This document shows, one piece after another, positions 24,401 through 38,804 of a DNA stretch of 64,000 nt. The position numbers and the translations under genes are program-made. Origin of the DNA: Catajapyx aquilonaris. Lineage: Eukaryota. The first letter of the stretch is position 1, and each line of letters starts with the position of its first letter. The stretch is from NCBI GenBank assembly GCA_000934665.2, contig JYFJ02000499.1, positions 1 through 64,000 on the forward strand, in the 5' to 3' direction. The notes beneath the pieces were generated by a model, which was given only the letters and a program-made list of their open reading frames with translations, made no database searches and had not been told where the DNA came from.

Positions 24401-27400
24401 AATTAGGACAAGTCGCCGCCTCTTACTGCATTAATGGGGATTAGGGGAAGGGAGCCCAGGGTATACAGAAAGTTGCAAACGAAGCATGGCGGTTTTATCT
24501 GGCCCACTTGGCGTGCGTGTGTGATTTAATACTAGCTTGACACTCTCCAAGATTAGGTTTAATGACACGGTAAATTTCGTGGGCACTGTACCATAGCAGC
24601 CTTCCAGAATTTTTTGACAAAACCTACCCGCAACTTGTTAGCACCCTCAGGCTTAGCCAACTTCTGAGTACGAAACTGCTGTGTTGTAAGCCAACAGTTT
24701 CAGAACCCCAAGTTGCACCAGAGTATATATCCCAACAGGTATATCGCACGCTGGTTGCTAAAGGCAGAGTGATGATCGGACCCATGTGTGAGGCAGGTCC
24801 GATATTGTGTCGGACACTGCTGATTTATCACCTGCAGAGTGTCACCGAAGCGCTGAACGGTGCAGTTTTTCCGGGCATTTATTTCCTGCCCCCGGATGCT
24901 GAGGCGAAAAACGGAGCACACACACACAAAAAAAAGGCGATGGCCGAAGCGAAAAATTCTCCTGGAGCAACATGAGCCCATCAGGAGGAAGCCCCCAGCG
25001 CTTGATGAATGACCATAAGTGGGCTAAGCTTTCATGGGGAAAGAGGGTTCGACGGAGACAAATTAGCTGACAAGTCGTCGAAGAAAGCTTTGCGGAGAAG
25101 GAAGATGGCTATAGTTTTTTAAAAAAAGATGGCAGCTTCTGGAATCGGCTATCCTCAAGCTGGCCGTCACCTGCTTTTACTGAAGATGGGAGCTTGTGTT
25201 TATTTATGTACTTCCTCTGAGAGGACAATGCTCTTTTCTTAGATGGAATTTTGCGTAGATAAAAATGTGTGAGGGAGGTGGAGTGAATTTTCTGCGCAAT
25301 TGGCATTCCGGTTGCGCGTAATCAGAGGGCGATGAACTTGCACAGATTACAGATAGAAACGGGCCGGAATCGATTTATCGGTTTTTACGTGTGTACATCG
25401 CACTCGTGTAATGCTCGTGATTGGACGTGTCAGGTGTCACTGAAAACTGATTGCCCATTTTCTCTCTACCTCTCCCATCCTCTCCTCGAAAATTACCCGG
25501 TATGCAAAACTACACGCCCTGTCATTCAAGAATCGCGAAATAATAATGTCGACGCCATTCACCGAATACCATACCGCCCCCCACTTTAATACACAAGTGC
25601 AGCAACTATATCCTAATTGCCTTGTCATTTTGACAGGGTATCAACTGTGTGGCATTGTTATTAATGCAACCTAAACTCAGGTCCCCGTGAATACTTGGAA
25701 TGCAGCAATATTCCCCCACCCATACACAGCCAACCCGATTAATTCCAGCCGGCTTTTGACATGTAAATGTCACGGGCTGTTTGTCAACACTGATGAGCCC
25801 CAGTCTCTTGTTTTGAGTGTTAATAATATATTAGCACAGGGGCCGGTCATCACCGAGAGAGGTCAAGACAACATTGCCGTTTCGGGGGGGCATCTAAACA
25901 TATATGACCCTATTCGCTGGGAAACCGTGTAGTGAAAATAATCGCATTCAGTCTGGCGCAGCCTGGTGCATGATGATAACCCAATTAATGCGGAAATTGG
26001 AGCTAATAATTTTGGCAGGATCTGCACTCTTTGTGATTGCTGTTTTGCGTACGTATATTTTTTGGGGGAGGGGGGGGGGCGGAAAATTTCAATGGTGAGA
26101 GAGGGGCTTCAAGAATGATAGCGTCTCTTTGAGTGCACGTCAAAAGGGAAAAGATTTTATTACTGCCAACTATGGAATGATGAAAAGGGCTTTTCAATTT
26201 CCGCCCTTCGTTTAAGTGAAGGGGAAAATATACGGGCTAGGAGAAGGCAGCAGCAAATTGCTATCGTTACCCGGATGAGCTATTCAACGCGGATCTCCGG
26301 AAACAATTCATGCAACCCTGCACTTGAGTCGTGCACCGAGCACCGACGTTTTGTCGTAGCATTAATCAGTAGGCAGCGTTGCACGACATATTAAACGGAT
26401 TATTACAAACTCGTCAAAAAAATTTTTTTGGCTGGTGGGAAAAGGCAATTGGCCTGGCAGCACCTGTCATTTTTCTGCAAAAAGTAACGAACAAAGAACT
26501 ATTGGTTTCGGCTTGTTGCACCGATTTTATAGAGATTTTTGCAAATCCTCTTGAAAAGTGAACTCTGTTTTACCCACGCTTAATCTGGAATGATCCGAAT
26601 TAGCATCATTAAAGTTTTATATATTGCGCACCTAGCTCTATAAGATTGATTATTGGTTGCTGAGAGGACAAATTATGCCTGAATCACGCTTTAAATTTCC
26701 AATAAAATAATCAATGTTAGTTGACTAGAATCAGGATAAAACCTGCATATTTGACTACAATGATTTGTAAATCCATGTAAATCATTCCATAATCACTATG
26801 ACATACCGTCATTGCAACAAATGAAACATTATTCATAGGATGGTTGATGGTGATATTAAATTAGTTATGAAATAGTGTAACAAAGTCGAATTTTTAATGT
26901 AAATTAAGCAGGATTGAACAGCATTTTTAAACTAATTTTGCTAAACGTGACTGTTACATTTTGATATCAATCCTTTTTTCGCATTTTCTCTTCATTAAAA
27001 GCGCGAAGCTTCAGTTCAAATTTCCAGCAAAAAAATAAATAGTTAATCTCACATCCCTGTGAGTCATGCGATTGATGCCAATAATGCCCTGCGATAATTC
27101 TGATAAACTTACCTCCTGGTTTTAATAGCCATACATGTTGGAATGAGGGATTAAAGGCCCTGCAGAATCCTGGGACGGGTTTAAAAAAAATAACGGGCCG
27201 TTAATCCTGGTTAAAGAAGGGACTGCGAGGGTAAATGGATTCTCACTATATAGCTGCTGAAAATGAAAAGTTATGGAAGGTGCAATAGCAAATCAAGCAT
27301 TTTGGTGGTGATCCCCCCCTCCTTTCTTGGCCAAAAAAAAAGGTTGGCGAGGGGATGAGAGAACAAATTGATGCGAATCCTCTGGAGAGCTGCGTTTCAG

Positions 27401-27557
27401 TAGGAAAGAGAATCTTCTTTTATTCATGATTATGATGGGCGGGGCGTCGTTAAGGGAGCATTGCTGGAACGTGCGTCTTTGATGAAACTTGCATGGATGG
27501 ATTCGAGTACAGTGAATCTGGGGGATGGGGGATTGGACTCAGCGAAAAGGGAATGGG

Positions 27558-27577
27558 GAGAGAGAGAGAGAGAGAGA
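27558..27577. repeat. (GA)10 microsatellite
   Basis: Direct reading. Confidence 0.95.
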
Positions 27578-28022
27578 CGACTTTGATTACGTCCTTGCAC
27601 TACTTAATAAGGCGGAATGAAAAGAGCAAGCATCAAGGGGGCGCCCTTTGATGCTGCATGCGCCGAAATTCCATGGTTAAAAAAATATTGGGGGCGAAGT
27701 AATTGCCAGACAATTGCTTGCTTTAGAGACTTTTAGTCAAGCTCTAGTCAGCAGTAATTTAATACTGTCATAATTAAAGAAATGGTTCTTCAGTGCAGCT
27801 GTTCTGATAAGAAACGTCCGGTTGCTTGACATCGCAGAAGCGAAACATGACACATGATCATCCAGCAGTAAAATATGAGAAACTTGGCATTAGGTGTCAG
27901 ATAAATGCAACCCGAGCCCCGTGTACTTGCAACTCAATTACCAGTATTTTGCTCCTGCAACTTGGGTCCAAGGTCCGACCTGAGGATGTCGAACTGGAGG
28001 AAATCCGAGCCCGTAATTTCCG

Positions 28023-28032
28023 GTGGGGTGAT
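28023..28032 (-). promoter_or_regulatory. Perfect SRE-1 motif (ATCACCCCAC)
   Basis: GTGGGGTGAT on the + strand, identical to the classical SREBP element of the mammalian LDLR promoter. Function here is untested. Confidence 0.3.
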
Positions 28033-31000
28033 CTCCAAGAGGCGGTACGTGATTCCTTATATACCTCCCCATTTCCACCTCTCCTTGAATCTGGGTGCTG
28101 CGTCTCTCTCTCTCTCTCGCCTTTTGGTGTCGGTTCACCAAGCCTAAGCTGCAATGATGCATGCTCCCTGCTCGGGCATAACAGGCCTATTCATTACCAA
28201 CCGGGGGGGATGCGGATGTCTCTATCAATTTAACAGGTGATGCATTAGCAAATTAGGTTGGTTGAAGTCCCCATCCCTTTCTATAGTCTCTGCGTTGAAC
28301 TTGACTTAATAAATCAACCTCCCCTGGATTTTTCCGACGTAAAAAATAGATAGGATTAGTGTCACTTTCTTGTCATTAATTCGTCCGGATCCTTGTTTAC
28401 CAGCCAAGTGTCTGTAAGCATAAAACTTCCGGGAGATGTCTCTTTTTTATGTGTGTGTTCCTCTGGGTTGTTTCACCTCCGGAGGGTGCGGGTTGGGGGT
28501 TTAATTGCGTCCCGTCCCGTCGGATAAATTGAGGGGTTGCTCCGGGGGAAGGGTAAATTGACGGCGACAGCTTGTAGGGGCTGCACAATTGGGCCGACAT
28601 GGACGCGGACAAAGCTTTTTGGGCACCTGAGCCGAAACCCAAGCTGGCCCAAAAGGAAGAGCATTACGTTAAAAAAAAAAAGATCGATGCGTATATGTGT
28701 GTATATATATTCCGTGCGTTGAACTCCATTGCGAAATTTTTTTCTCTCTTTTCTCTCTACTGAATTCGAGGCGTAATGAATGTGGACTGGCTACTTCAAA
28801 AGAGGCGCGGGCTCTGACATGTAGAATGCAAATGGAGTGGAAATGGCGCGCGTGTGTCGCAGTGGGGGCTTTGTGATTTTCGGAGACCGTGTCTTAATTG
28901 GACGCAGGGGGGGATAAAAAGGGTCGCATTACAGCAGGTTTCAATACAGCACGTTGCGAAATACGGCCATTGTTGCAGTGTGGTACATGGACGGATTATA
29001 AGATGAGCCGAGGGACGCGGGCCGTCCAGTACTTTAGGTTGATTTGAGGGTTTCTATTTAAAAAATGCAACCCCGACGTCCCCATGTCACTGCCCGTTAT
29101 TTTGTCATCGTACGCCGCTATTTCGATAATGTATGTAGGAATTACAGTGAGAAATCATGATGGACAAATCAGGGCCCATATGTAATGAATGTGACAAACG
29201 CACAAAGGAAACAACAGTTGTGGTGTTGTAATATCAGCTTAATTTAACTATAGGATACAATGGTCGATTGCATATACACGGTTATATCCGATTATCGACT
29301 AAGCATTAATCCACACCGTGTACAGTAATATATGGCTGTAATATAATCGGCTGTGTAGTCGTCATTGTGCGGTGTTAAAAGAATCCTTGAATCCATCACC
29401 ACATGTATACAGGTGGGACAGTATTGGTGGCTCATAAAGGGGGTTTCCATGGACATGACCGATGCACTGTCCCGTTTAATGTCAAATTCGCAAAAAAGTC
29501 GTACGTAGCTTGTAGATTTACGACATATTTACGACCCTACAATTAAGTTGGCCATACAAGTAGGTAACGCCAACAGAATTTATCATTTGTTGATGTGAAA
29601 ATAGATGGACAGCAATATGCTGTCTTTTACAACGGAATAGCGGGCGTGTTCCTCAGTATGAATGGTGACCACTTATCGTTTTCTGAATCTTCTCGTTGCT
29701 TCCAGATGGAAGCATGATTGAAACCCCTGCAGTTGCATCTACGGTGCACTTAAACGCTGCAGATTATTGGTCCAGCTTTTAACGCCCAACCAGCCTCACT
29801 CTCTCTATCCTGCGCAAACATTGAACATTGATGCTGCATACACTCACTCGTTGCATTCACATTGAGCATGAAACCCCCGTGGGATCCAATACCGTATGCA
29901 TAAACAATTGCGCGGTCAACCCTGGGTATTCTGAATCGATGTAACGGCCCGCTATTTTGCCGGCATTGTTTACCTCAGAGCTGGCACTCCCGTTTATGAG
30001 TAAACTTCAGTAGTCGTTATTTACCCAGCATTCACCGCCGCGATTTATAAACTGCATTATGAGGTGCAGGGGGACCCTGCGCATCATTGTACTCAGCCCC
30101 GGCCGCAAAACCCCCGATGTTTATGAATGAATCAAGTTAAACAGCGTGCCGTACATAATCGAGTAACATTACCGGAATCTGCCCCCCTCATAACCCTCAC
30201 CTACCCTTCCCCCCCAAAAAACAAGCGGCTAGATATGCCACCCAATTAGTTCAGAATAAATTCCTGGCCGTGGTCCTCTTGTTTGTGTATCCAGTGTTTT
30301 GGGAACCAAGCCTTTATAATTCCACCTGCCAAGCGAAACCTGCGCGGTTTATGAGAAACGAGCCTGGCAAATACTAGGTTATTAGTACCCCTTGTAGGCC
30401 TACCAGATGAGAAATTGAGAGCTCGGCCCTGGAATATTTTGGAAGAGAGCGAGAGAGAGAGATTCCCTCTCCGGATACACAACCGCGGGATATAATTTAT
30501 TTCCAACTCATCTCGGGGAGTAACCCAGGGCTCATTTGATTAGAATGTTCAGAGTATCCCAAACCCCGATCAAAAATAACAACACCTTGTGCCTGAGGAG
30601 GCTTTTAAATCATGCAAAAGGTTAGCCTCCGGGGCTTGTGGCCAGAATTTGAGGCAGATGAAACAGTATATGGTTAGTAGATCCTTTCACTTTTGTTGAG
30701 ACTGTAATCCGCTCCAGGTATACAAGCATCGGAAGGATTCGCATTGCAAACAAGTGCTACAAAATGACTTTTTTTTTAAAGTTTTAATTCCTCAAAATGC
30801 TCCTATGAGCTGGATGTCTCACCTTCCCTGAAAAATTCCAACTGGCGCACTTTGAGAGATGAGGTGCGGCGGTATAAGTTAAACATATCGGCAGTGTCCG
30901 GTAAAACCGTGTCCGGAAATGAATCCCTCTCCAGTTGGCTCCTCTCCGGGGCAGCGAAACATCTCCCCAGCGGGTGATAATCCGGAGGGGGGAAACCCGG

Positions 31001-34000
31001 AGTTTTCATCTCGCCGGCCCAATTAAAAGCGTTATCATTAGGGCATCGATTTCCAGTGTCGCCTCGCTCCAGCTCTGCAGGCTTGTCTCTCTCTATATAG
31101 CGTTGCATGCCACGCCGAATTGTCCCGTCTATAGCACCGCTTCTGGAGATATCGACACCCATTTTTTTTAAAAAAAAGGTGCATCGCGTTTAAACTATCC
31201 CCCTGGGGTGGGACAGATGATGATGACCCTTGTCCATTGGTGATGGGCAGGGAGATGCTGTTTAATTGCCTGATAAGATAAGTGGACGAGTTTTGCATAA
31301 GGGAGGTGTCTGGGGAGAACTGTCTTATGAAATGTCGTCTGGGTTGTTGACACAGTGTAATTGATGTGTTGACATGTTGTGACTAGTGACGACATTAGCG
31401 CTAATCACTGTGCGTCGCTCAACAGTGCCCCCCCACTTGAAATCGCATCAAGTCTTGGAGCAACCCGTACGCAGTGTTGCAAAGTAACTTTTGCAATTTT
31501 TCTTATGCTACCATTTGTTCCATCGTAGCGACAGATGGCGACATAAGGGTTGCACCATCTGTTGTCCTGGAGTTGAAGTGAGCCCCGTATAACCGTGTCC
31601 TGCGGACTTTGAGACAAAGACGCCAAGCGCCTCTGAAGGTGACATAACGCTCGAGCGGCATTTGTGGGCGTCTGTAACAAACCGCTTGTTATCTTGGCGG
31701 CCCAGAGATGGGCCAAGAAAGGCAGGCCGCAGCTTCTTAATTAAAGGCCCCTCAAGACTCCGGTCGAATGAGCCCTCTCTCATCCTATAGACTCCGCACA
31801 GGGTGTTTTCGCAATTGATTCAAACTTAAGCGTGTCACTTGGGCTGGAAATGTTGCTGGAGGGGAATCAAGATGGCTGCCCCCCGGACTACAAGTGGCGG
31901 GCCATAAAATAATCATGAAGGTGGTGAAATTTCCATCCATGCCTTTCCGCCAATTCCCGGAGCAGCCTCGCCTTGAATCCTATCTCAAGTGGCATCAATT
32001 TGACGGCGGACGAGAGGAGAGAAATAAAACCGGGCTGCCTTCCGGAATGATAAACTCACTGCTGCTGCCACCACTGGGTGCCAGAGGAAAAAGGGAATGG
32101 GGCGTAGCCAGTTTGGCACGACCTTATACTTGGTGCAGCAAGCCTGACCTTTATAGCCATGCGTTCAGTGGTGGAGGAAAAAAATCAGGCTTTTTTGTTT
32201 TTTTGGCAGCGATGAAGTTTGGCCAGAAATCGCGACATGCTTGAGTTCCGGTTTGGAAAGAGCAGCAGGGTGACCTATCAGAGGCCATTAAGAATCTAAT
32301 CAGCGGATTAATGGGTTCAGATTAAATTTGCCCCGACGTAAAATGTAGGGCCTTGTTGCAGAACGCGGTTTCAGCAAATCTCGCTCTTTGTCGATACACT
32401 GTATCGAGGGGCTGCCGGCAATTACAAAATTGCATAATGTGAGTCTCTATAATAGCATGTTCCATTTAAACTCAGACTACCCGTGTTATAACAGTTGATA
32501 GGCAAAATTCAGCTTCTCATAGGTCCGGTCATTAATTAATCTGAATGTCTACGTACCGGCAGATTGAAATTGTCTCGAATTCATCTGTATTTTTTTTTGC
32601 TGTCCTTGTGTCTGATTGACAATACCTCTTGGACGCACCCTTGCATATATACAGCTCACCACACTTCCCCCACTTCAATCGAGCATAGAGGACCTGATGT
32701 TCTTTTAACAATGGACCACTTTACTGATTAAATGACTTTCATATGCCGATTCGGCACGAGGCTTTTCCCTCCACCAATTAGTGTAGCTCCGTCATTAGAG
32801 GCTGGTGACAAAAGTGAGCCTGTTGGGTATGACACAACAGTACCAGATTCGACCTGCGCAATATCCAGCATTTCCGTGTATGGTTATTACACCGACACTG
32901 GGGCAGGTTGGACCAACTAAGTAACATTTCTTACGAGCCCAGTTTATTCAAGCAACGTTCTTCATTTTGGGCAACCCTGCTGCATGATAGGGTAAGGAGG
33001 CGCCAGGCTCTTCATAAATTCCATGTTTTTGACCTGAATAACCGTGACGCAAAACAAGGCCTGCAGCATCCTCACCCCACCAACCAACTCAAGCCCTGGA
33101 GGTCTTGGCTTCTTCTTTTTTCAAAGGTGGGAATTTTTTTTATCGCTGGCAAAGACTCACTTTCCTCCCTTGAAATAGTGGGTGGGGGTGATAAGGAGGC
33201 CCCCCGAGAGGGCGCCGCCGAATTCTCCTTAACAATGGCCGCCCCAGAAGGAAGGGAGGGGGATGGAATTATCACCGTCCAAAGGATGTGATTCATCGTG
33301 CAATCCGAGTAGAAATGGCGATAAGTTGCTTGGAATAATGATGGCCCCGAGGCTGATTGAGCCAGGAGTAAATCAGCGATAATGGCCGTGTTAACTTATG
33401 TTGTTAAGAGGCGGGGGAGGGAAAAAAGGGTGGGGGAGAGTGCACTGAAACGCCCGTAGAATTTTTTTAATTATTGGCTAGCAGGCACTTGGCTCCCAGG
33501 GCTCGGGGAGGTAAAAGTTGGGTCGTGAATTCTGCTCTTTAAGGTCACGTAAAATTGTTGAAATTGCCACCGAGACGTTGGCTAATTGATAGGCCTTCGT
33601 CACCAGACACGCAATTGTAGGTTTAATAAACTTCGTTAGGAGAAATGTTCGCCAGGAAGGGGCCGGATTTAGCAGTCAGGGTAAATTAATATCCACTTTG
33701 GGGTGTGATTAGCATGGAATAAGGAATAACGACTTTTGAAGGAGATCGAGTGGGAACTATAGGGCATATTCACCCGTATTCACCAATAAGATCTGCAAAT
33801 GTTTTACAAAACGACATAGTTATGTACGGTTTTTAATATTCAGAGCAGCTCGTGAATTAATTTGAAACTTATGTGTACTGCTGAGTGATTGTGGCAATGC
33901 CAAGTGCATTTTATGAAATGACGTAGGCTTGTTTTTTTTAAACAAAGCAAAGCTCGTGACGTAGTCTATACTGTATTTCATTATGGCGAAATACCTACCT

Positions 34001-35295
34001 TTCATCTAGGTGATTTACAATTTTTTTAAAAAAAGTTGCATAAATATGATGAAAGCTTCGTTGTGTGTTGTAATGAGTTGTTGCCAGTGTACTGTACATT
34101 CGCTTTTTTTTTGTAGACCTGCTTCTCATCAGCTATGCTGTGTTTCTCAACCTCATGTCAAGCTCTGTTGTTTGAAGGGAACGATTGAAAAATTTTAAAT
34201 CACCACACCGTCCTGTACACACATTGCTCAAACCAGTGCAGTTTGAGTCTTTATTAAAACATGTAAGCAGCGAACACACACTGAGAATATTCCAGTTGAA
34301 ATACAACATCAATGCCGATGGTCGTAGGTTTTAATTAGTATTATGTCGGTATAGAAATTGTGACTGTTTTTACATGCTACTTCAGGCTGATTCAATAACA
34401 AACAATCATATCGTTTTGCAGGGTTCCGTTGCTCATTAAGTGTTCCATTTGATGTCTTATTAATTTTCCGCTTTTACCCACTAATTTCGGCAGTCATTTT
34501 TCAACAATATTAGGCATTATCGGACATTTAAGGAATTTGTATTATTAGGTTGAACGCATATATTAGACCCCAAAGAATGAATATTTCACCTTCACTTGTT
34601 GGCATCTGAGGTCCATGGTGAAGATTTTTGGTTTTTTAAATCTTATCCCCTAATATACATCTATTCTGTCTAATATTTGCAGTTAGTATTGTGGATAAGC
34701 CCTGAAAGTAACCCCTAAATAAAAAGAAGCTAAGTGCAAAAAACATCGCTAATTGAAGCTCAAACATAAATTGCAACGCACTGTATGTTCATCACACCCG
34801 TGACACACAAATGAAGTAAATATTTGTTGAAACTTGACACTTAAGAGAGGAGCTGTTGAGTCATTAAATATTAGCCTACATGAAGTGTGACGTATTTGAG
34901 GCGCGCCAATTAGAACGCAATGCATTATTTGAACAACTCCTGTTTTCACACGCTTTTTTTAAAAAAAAATGGTGCGTCATTTCCACCTCGCGTCGTAATT
35001 TTCTCTGAGGTACACTCGGGCGCCAATTAGCCTCCACTCATACGCATCACATCGCGTAATTATATTCAGTTCGGACTAATTTGGTCTCCAAACTCCGGGA
35101 GAAGATTTACGGGTCCGCTCGAGCAATGTGCAGCAGAAAATTTCCCAGCTAAAGTTTGAAAACTGGCTCCTTTTCGCCAAGCAGACGGGCTGGGAACATT
35201 AACCCAGGCCCCCCTCCTCCTGGGCTCTTATGTCATGTGGGGTGACCCCCCCCCCCCCTCACAAGCCGCAGACCTTTCTAGGCCAGAGTAGAGCT

Positions 35296-35315
35296 AGAGA
35301 GAGAGAGAGAGAGAG
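35296..35315. repeat. (AG)10 microsatellite
   Basis: Direct reading. Confidence 0.95.
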
Positions 35316-38300
35316 CACTTCATTTTGTCCTATTACCATGCGTCCTTCCTCAGCTGGATAATGAGAAGAGCCCCGGTTATCATCCGGCGCAGTATGTAGA
35401 ATATTCTCCTAAGCCAGACAAAGGCGTAGCTTCCTCTAGACCCCACCATGGGAGGTCTATTGGGGAGGCTTTTCCTAGTGCCTCTAGGCAGAGACTATGC
35501 AACTTCTTCCTTAGGAAGAAGAGGGGGAAGAAAAAATTGCAGGGCTTGAAAGGCAGTAACATTTTTCCAAGTGGCATTTAACGAATGGCCGATTAGCATT
35601 TTTATACGTGCAGTTTAGTTTGGCGAAACAACAAAACGTGAGGGTTTAAACAAATCATCTTGAAGATCGTAATTCCGCTGATGTAATTTGAGGAGCTGTA
35701 AGATAACGGAAAACATAACATCTTTTTAATTATCTTGCCCCAGTTTAAAAAAAAAACTTCGAGCCATTCCAGGCATTCACAAAGTTGAGGTTCTGTCTGA
35801 GGGAGTTTGGTCACGATTCGAGCCAAAAATATTTCGCCAATATTCTCCAGGTGGCAAGAGTTCAAATTCCTAGAAAATTTTGAAAGCCCTGCTCCCTGCT
35901 CCCTGCTGCTGTGTTGGCCTCTACCTCCTTTTTTGTCCTAATTTATCATCGGTCCACGTCAGGAGCAGGGGAAAAGCCGTGCCCATCCCTCTAAATATGG
36001 ACCAAATGAACAAACAAGCGGGAGGTGGGGCCCTTGCAAAAATTAATCACCAGGCCGAGGAAACCTCCAATTAAGCCTTGATGAAGATGACGTGTTCACA
36101 AGCCTTTCCGCCTTATGAGAATGTGCAAATGCGCTTTCTCTTTTCTGAGCATAATACACTTGAAAACGGTTTACAGTGTGGCGCTCAGATGGTTCATACT
36201 CTTTGTAGCTAAATAATTGGCTCTGATAGCTACAGGCTGCGAGCAGAGTTTTATCGCGAAATACTATGATGTTCCGGGAACTTTAAAATAATAAAAAAAC
36301 TAGGCAGAGAAGTAGGGCAAAACCTGCATACAGGCCATTCTGCTCTATAATGAAGTTTGTGTTTCGGAAGCTGTACACATCCACTGTCGGGTGTACCATT
36401 GGCGAGTAACATGATTAATAATCTCTGAAGTGCATGTAGCCAATTATTCTGACAAGGCCCAGGGACTTTTTGACACCCAGGCTCGCAGCACATGAACTGA
36501 GCTTTGGAAGCAGCTGCAGAATTGCGAGGAGTTTCCGTTTGGGAACAGCATCAAATATGCATGGGGACGAAGGGAAATACTCAAGCTGGCCAAATCTGCC
36601 TTTCTATCAATCCCTTAGGATTTTCAGGTACAAACACATACGCAACAATGTGCCCTATACATGTGTGCCTTCCAGTTTGTCGAATCAATGGCGATTGGCG
36701 GACATCCCAACACTTTTTCCCCAAACTTTCCCAGCTGGGTTGAAAATACGCTGTTCCTATGCAGATAACACTTGGGCAGAAGACAGATGCAGCTCTTACA
36801 ACACTCCACACGTTCGCGTGTAATGTAGCGAGCACACAATGGGTCACATTGCCGAAAAAATCGATGGGTTCAAGTGGCACTGGGAGAAAAGTAGAGTTCG
36901 ACGGGGATCAGTTTGGACCAAGGTTGGGATGCTGTATATATAGGAGGAAGCACTTGCTAGGTGATCTGGACCGAAGAAGGATGTTTTCTGAAGGGAAAGA
37001 GAGGAAACACAAAACCTCATTTTGGGTGTCCCCTAGTTGGATGGATTCACTCAGCCGGTCCTCTATTATTGTCCCTGGCACTTAAGCTGGAACAAGTGGC
37101 TCGGAAATAATTGGGAAGCGAACGTGCTGACCAAAAATGGCGAAAAAATAGACCTGGCCTGCATTTATACAGGTCGTTAGCAGATTGTTTCCGGAAGCAT
37201 CTGGCCGCTTCGGATTTCATTAAATAATAGGTCCTGTTTATTAACGGAGGACAGGTCCGCCCGACAGTAGTTTTCTTTCCCGATGGGTTTTGAGAGCTTT
37301 TCCAGCAGCCATATGAGCGAGGATTGGGACCGAAAAGGCCAACAAAAATTCTGCAGCGAAATTATGTAAATTATATTTCATCAGGCTAATGAGGATGAAA
37401 ATGAGGCCTGATAGCGGGCAGCCTTTTCCTCGGGGGAGGAAATCTAATCAGTCCTCGCTGAGCGTCCCCATCAGTCAAGAAATGTTGCACGAGCCATGCT
37501 TTTTTACTAATCATATATTCTACGAGCCGTTTTGCTGGGAGGAGGAAAAGTCATGAAGTTATCAGCGAAGAGCAAGTGCTATAGACTATTCAGCCGATTT
37601 TATACATGGTGGTAAAACCAAACGCCATTAAAACTAACGCTGGACCGAGTTTGAAAAGTGTGTTGTGGAGCAATTTGCGGGACTTTTCATATTCAAGTGC
37701 AAACAATAATTGGTGGACCATGGTTAACGCCAGAGTGCAATTTTTTTTGTTCGTTCCCGCCTCTGAAATCCGTGAATATTCCAAGCTGGTCATTAGGTCG
37801 TAACTCTGTGGGATTGCGGCCCTCTGGTTGTTTAAAAAAATCGGGTCTCCTTCTTGACCCATAATAAATGGACTAAATAATTTCTCCAGGCTTGTTCCAT
37901 GTATGACCCTTATGTGCAGGCGACTCGTGCGAATTTGAAATTCTGCAAGCTCATCCTTGAGGGCATGTATTGCACAATGGAGAGAAAAAAACCCCAGTGT
38001 TTTTTTCCACCTAGTACTGCATAAAAAATGCGCGAACAATACGCAAAACTGGAAGCCAGGGGGGGCTGGTTAGTTTTTCCTACTTCACCCCACACTCTTG
38101 CAGAATTTATTCTCCACTGTGTAGTCAATTACGAAATGGAAGTGATGGTAACCGGAGTACTTCCCCGAGGGACTAGCAGAGCTGGCCAGCATTGCAAAAA
38201 AAAAAAAGAATTATAAAAAAATGCGATGGGGTTTTTGTTCTTTATCCCTTGAAGCAAATTGGCCTGTGGGTATATATGTACAGTACGTAGCGGGTAGAGA

Positions 38301-38804
38301 TAGTTTAGTGTCGGACGTGTTCGAAACGGAGAAAATTTTTGCACGCGTGTAAAAAGAGCGAGCTAATTTGTACAATCCCAGAATGTCTTTCCGTTTTCTG
38401 GCTTAAAGTCTGGAAAATTTTCTGGTTGTAATAAAGGCTCGAGTTCGGGTTTAATTCTGCAAAATCGCTTTGACGACGAGCCAACATTCCGGAGGCCCGC
38501 TGACAGTTACTTAATTCCAACACCTCGAATAATTTTGCGAAGCCGCCAACTGATTTCGCCAGACTGCAATTTCTGATACTGCAATCGAAGTCATTAAGAG
38601 AATTCTAGTCGTCCGGCAAACTGCAGATTCAGCAAGTTTTCAACACCCCCCCTCTTCCAGAGGCTTCGAGAAAACGCTGTAATCACTTTGTCCTTGGCAT
38701 GTTGGGGGCCGCATGTGTCGCATTGTGCATTGCGGCGTGTACTTTCCGGTGCAATTGCACTGACAATAAACATTGTTGCATGCTAACTAATTGTAACACA
38801 CTGC

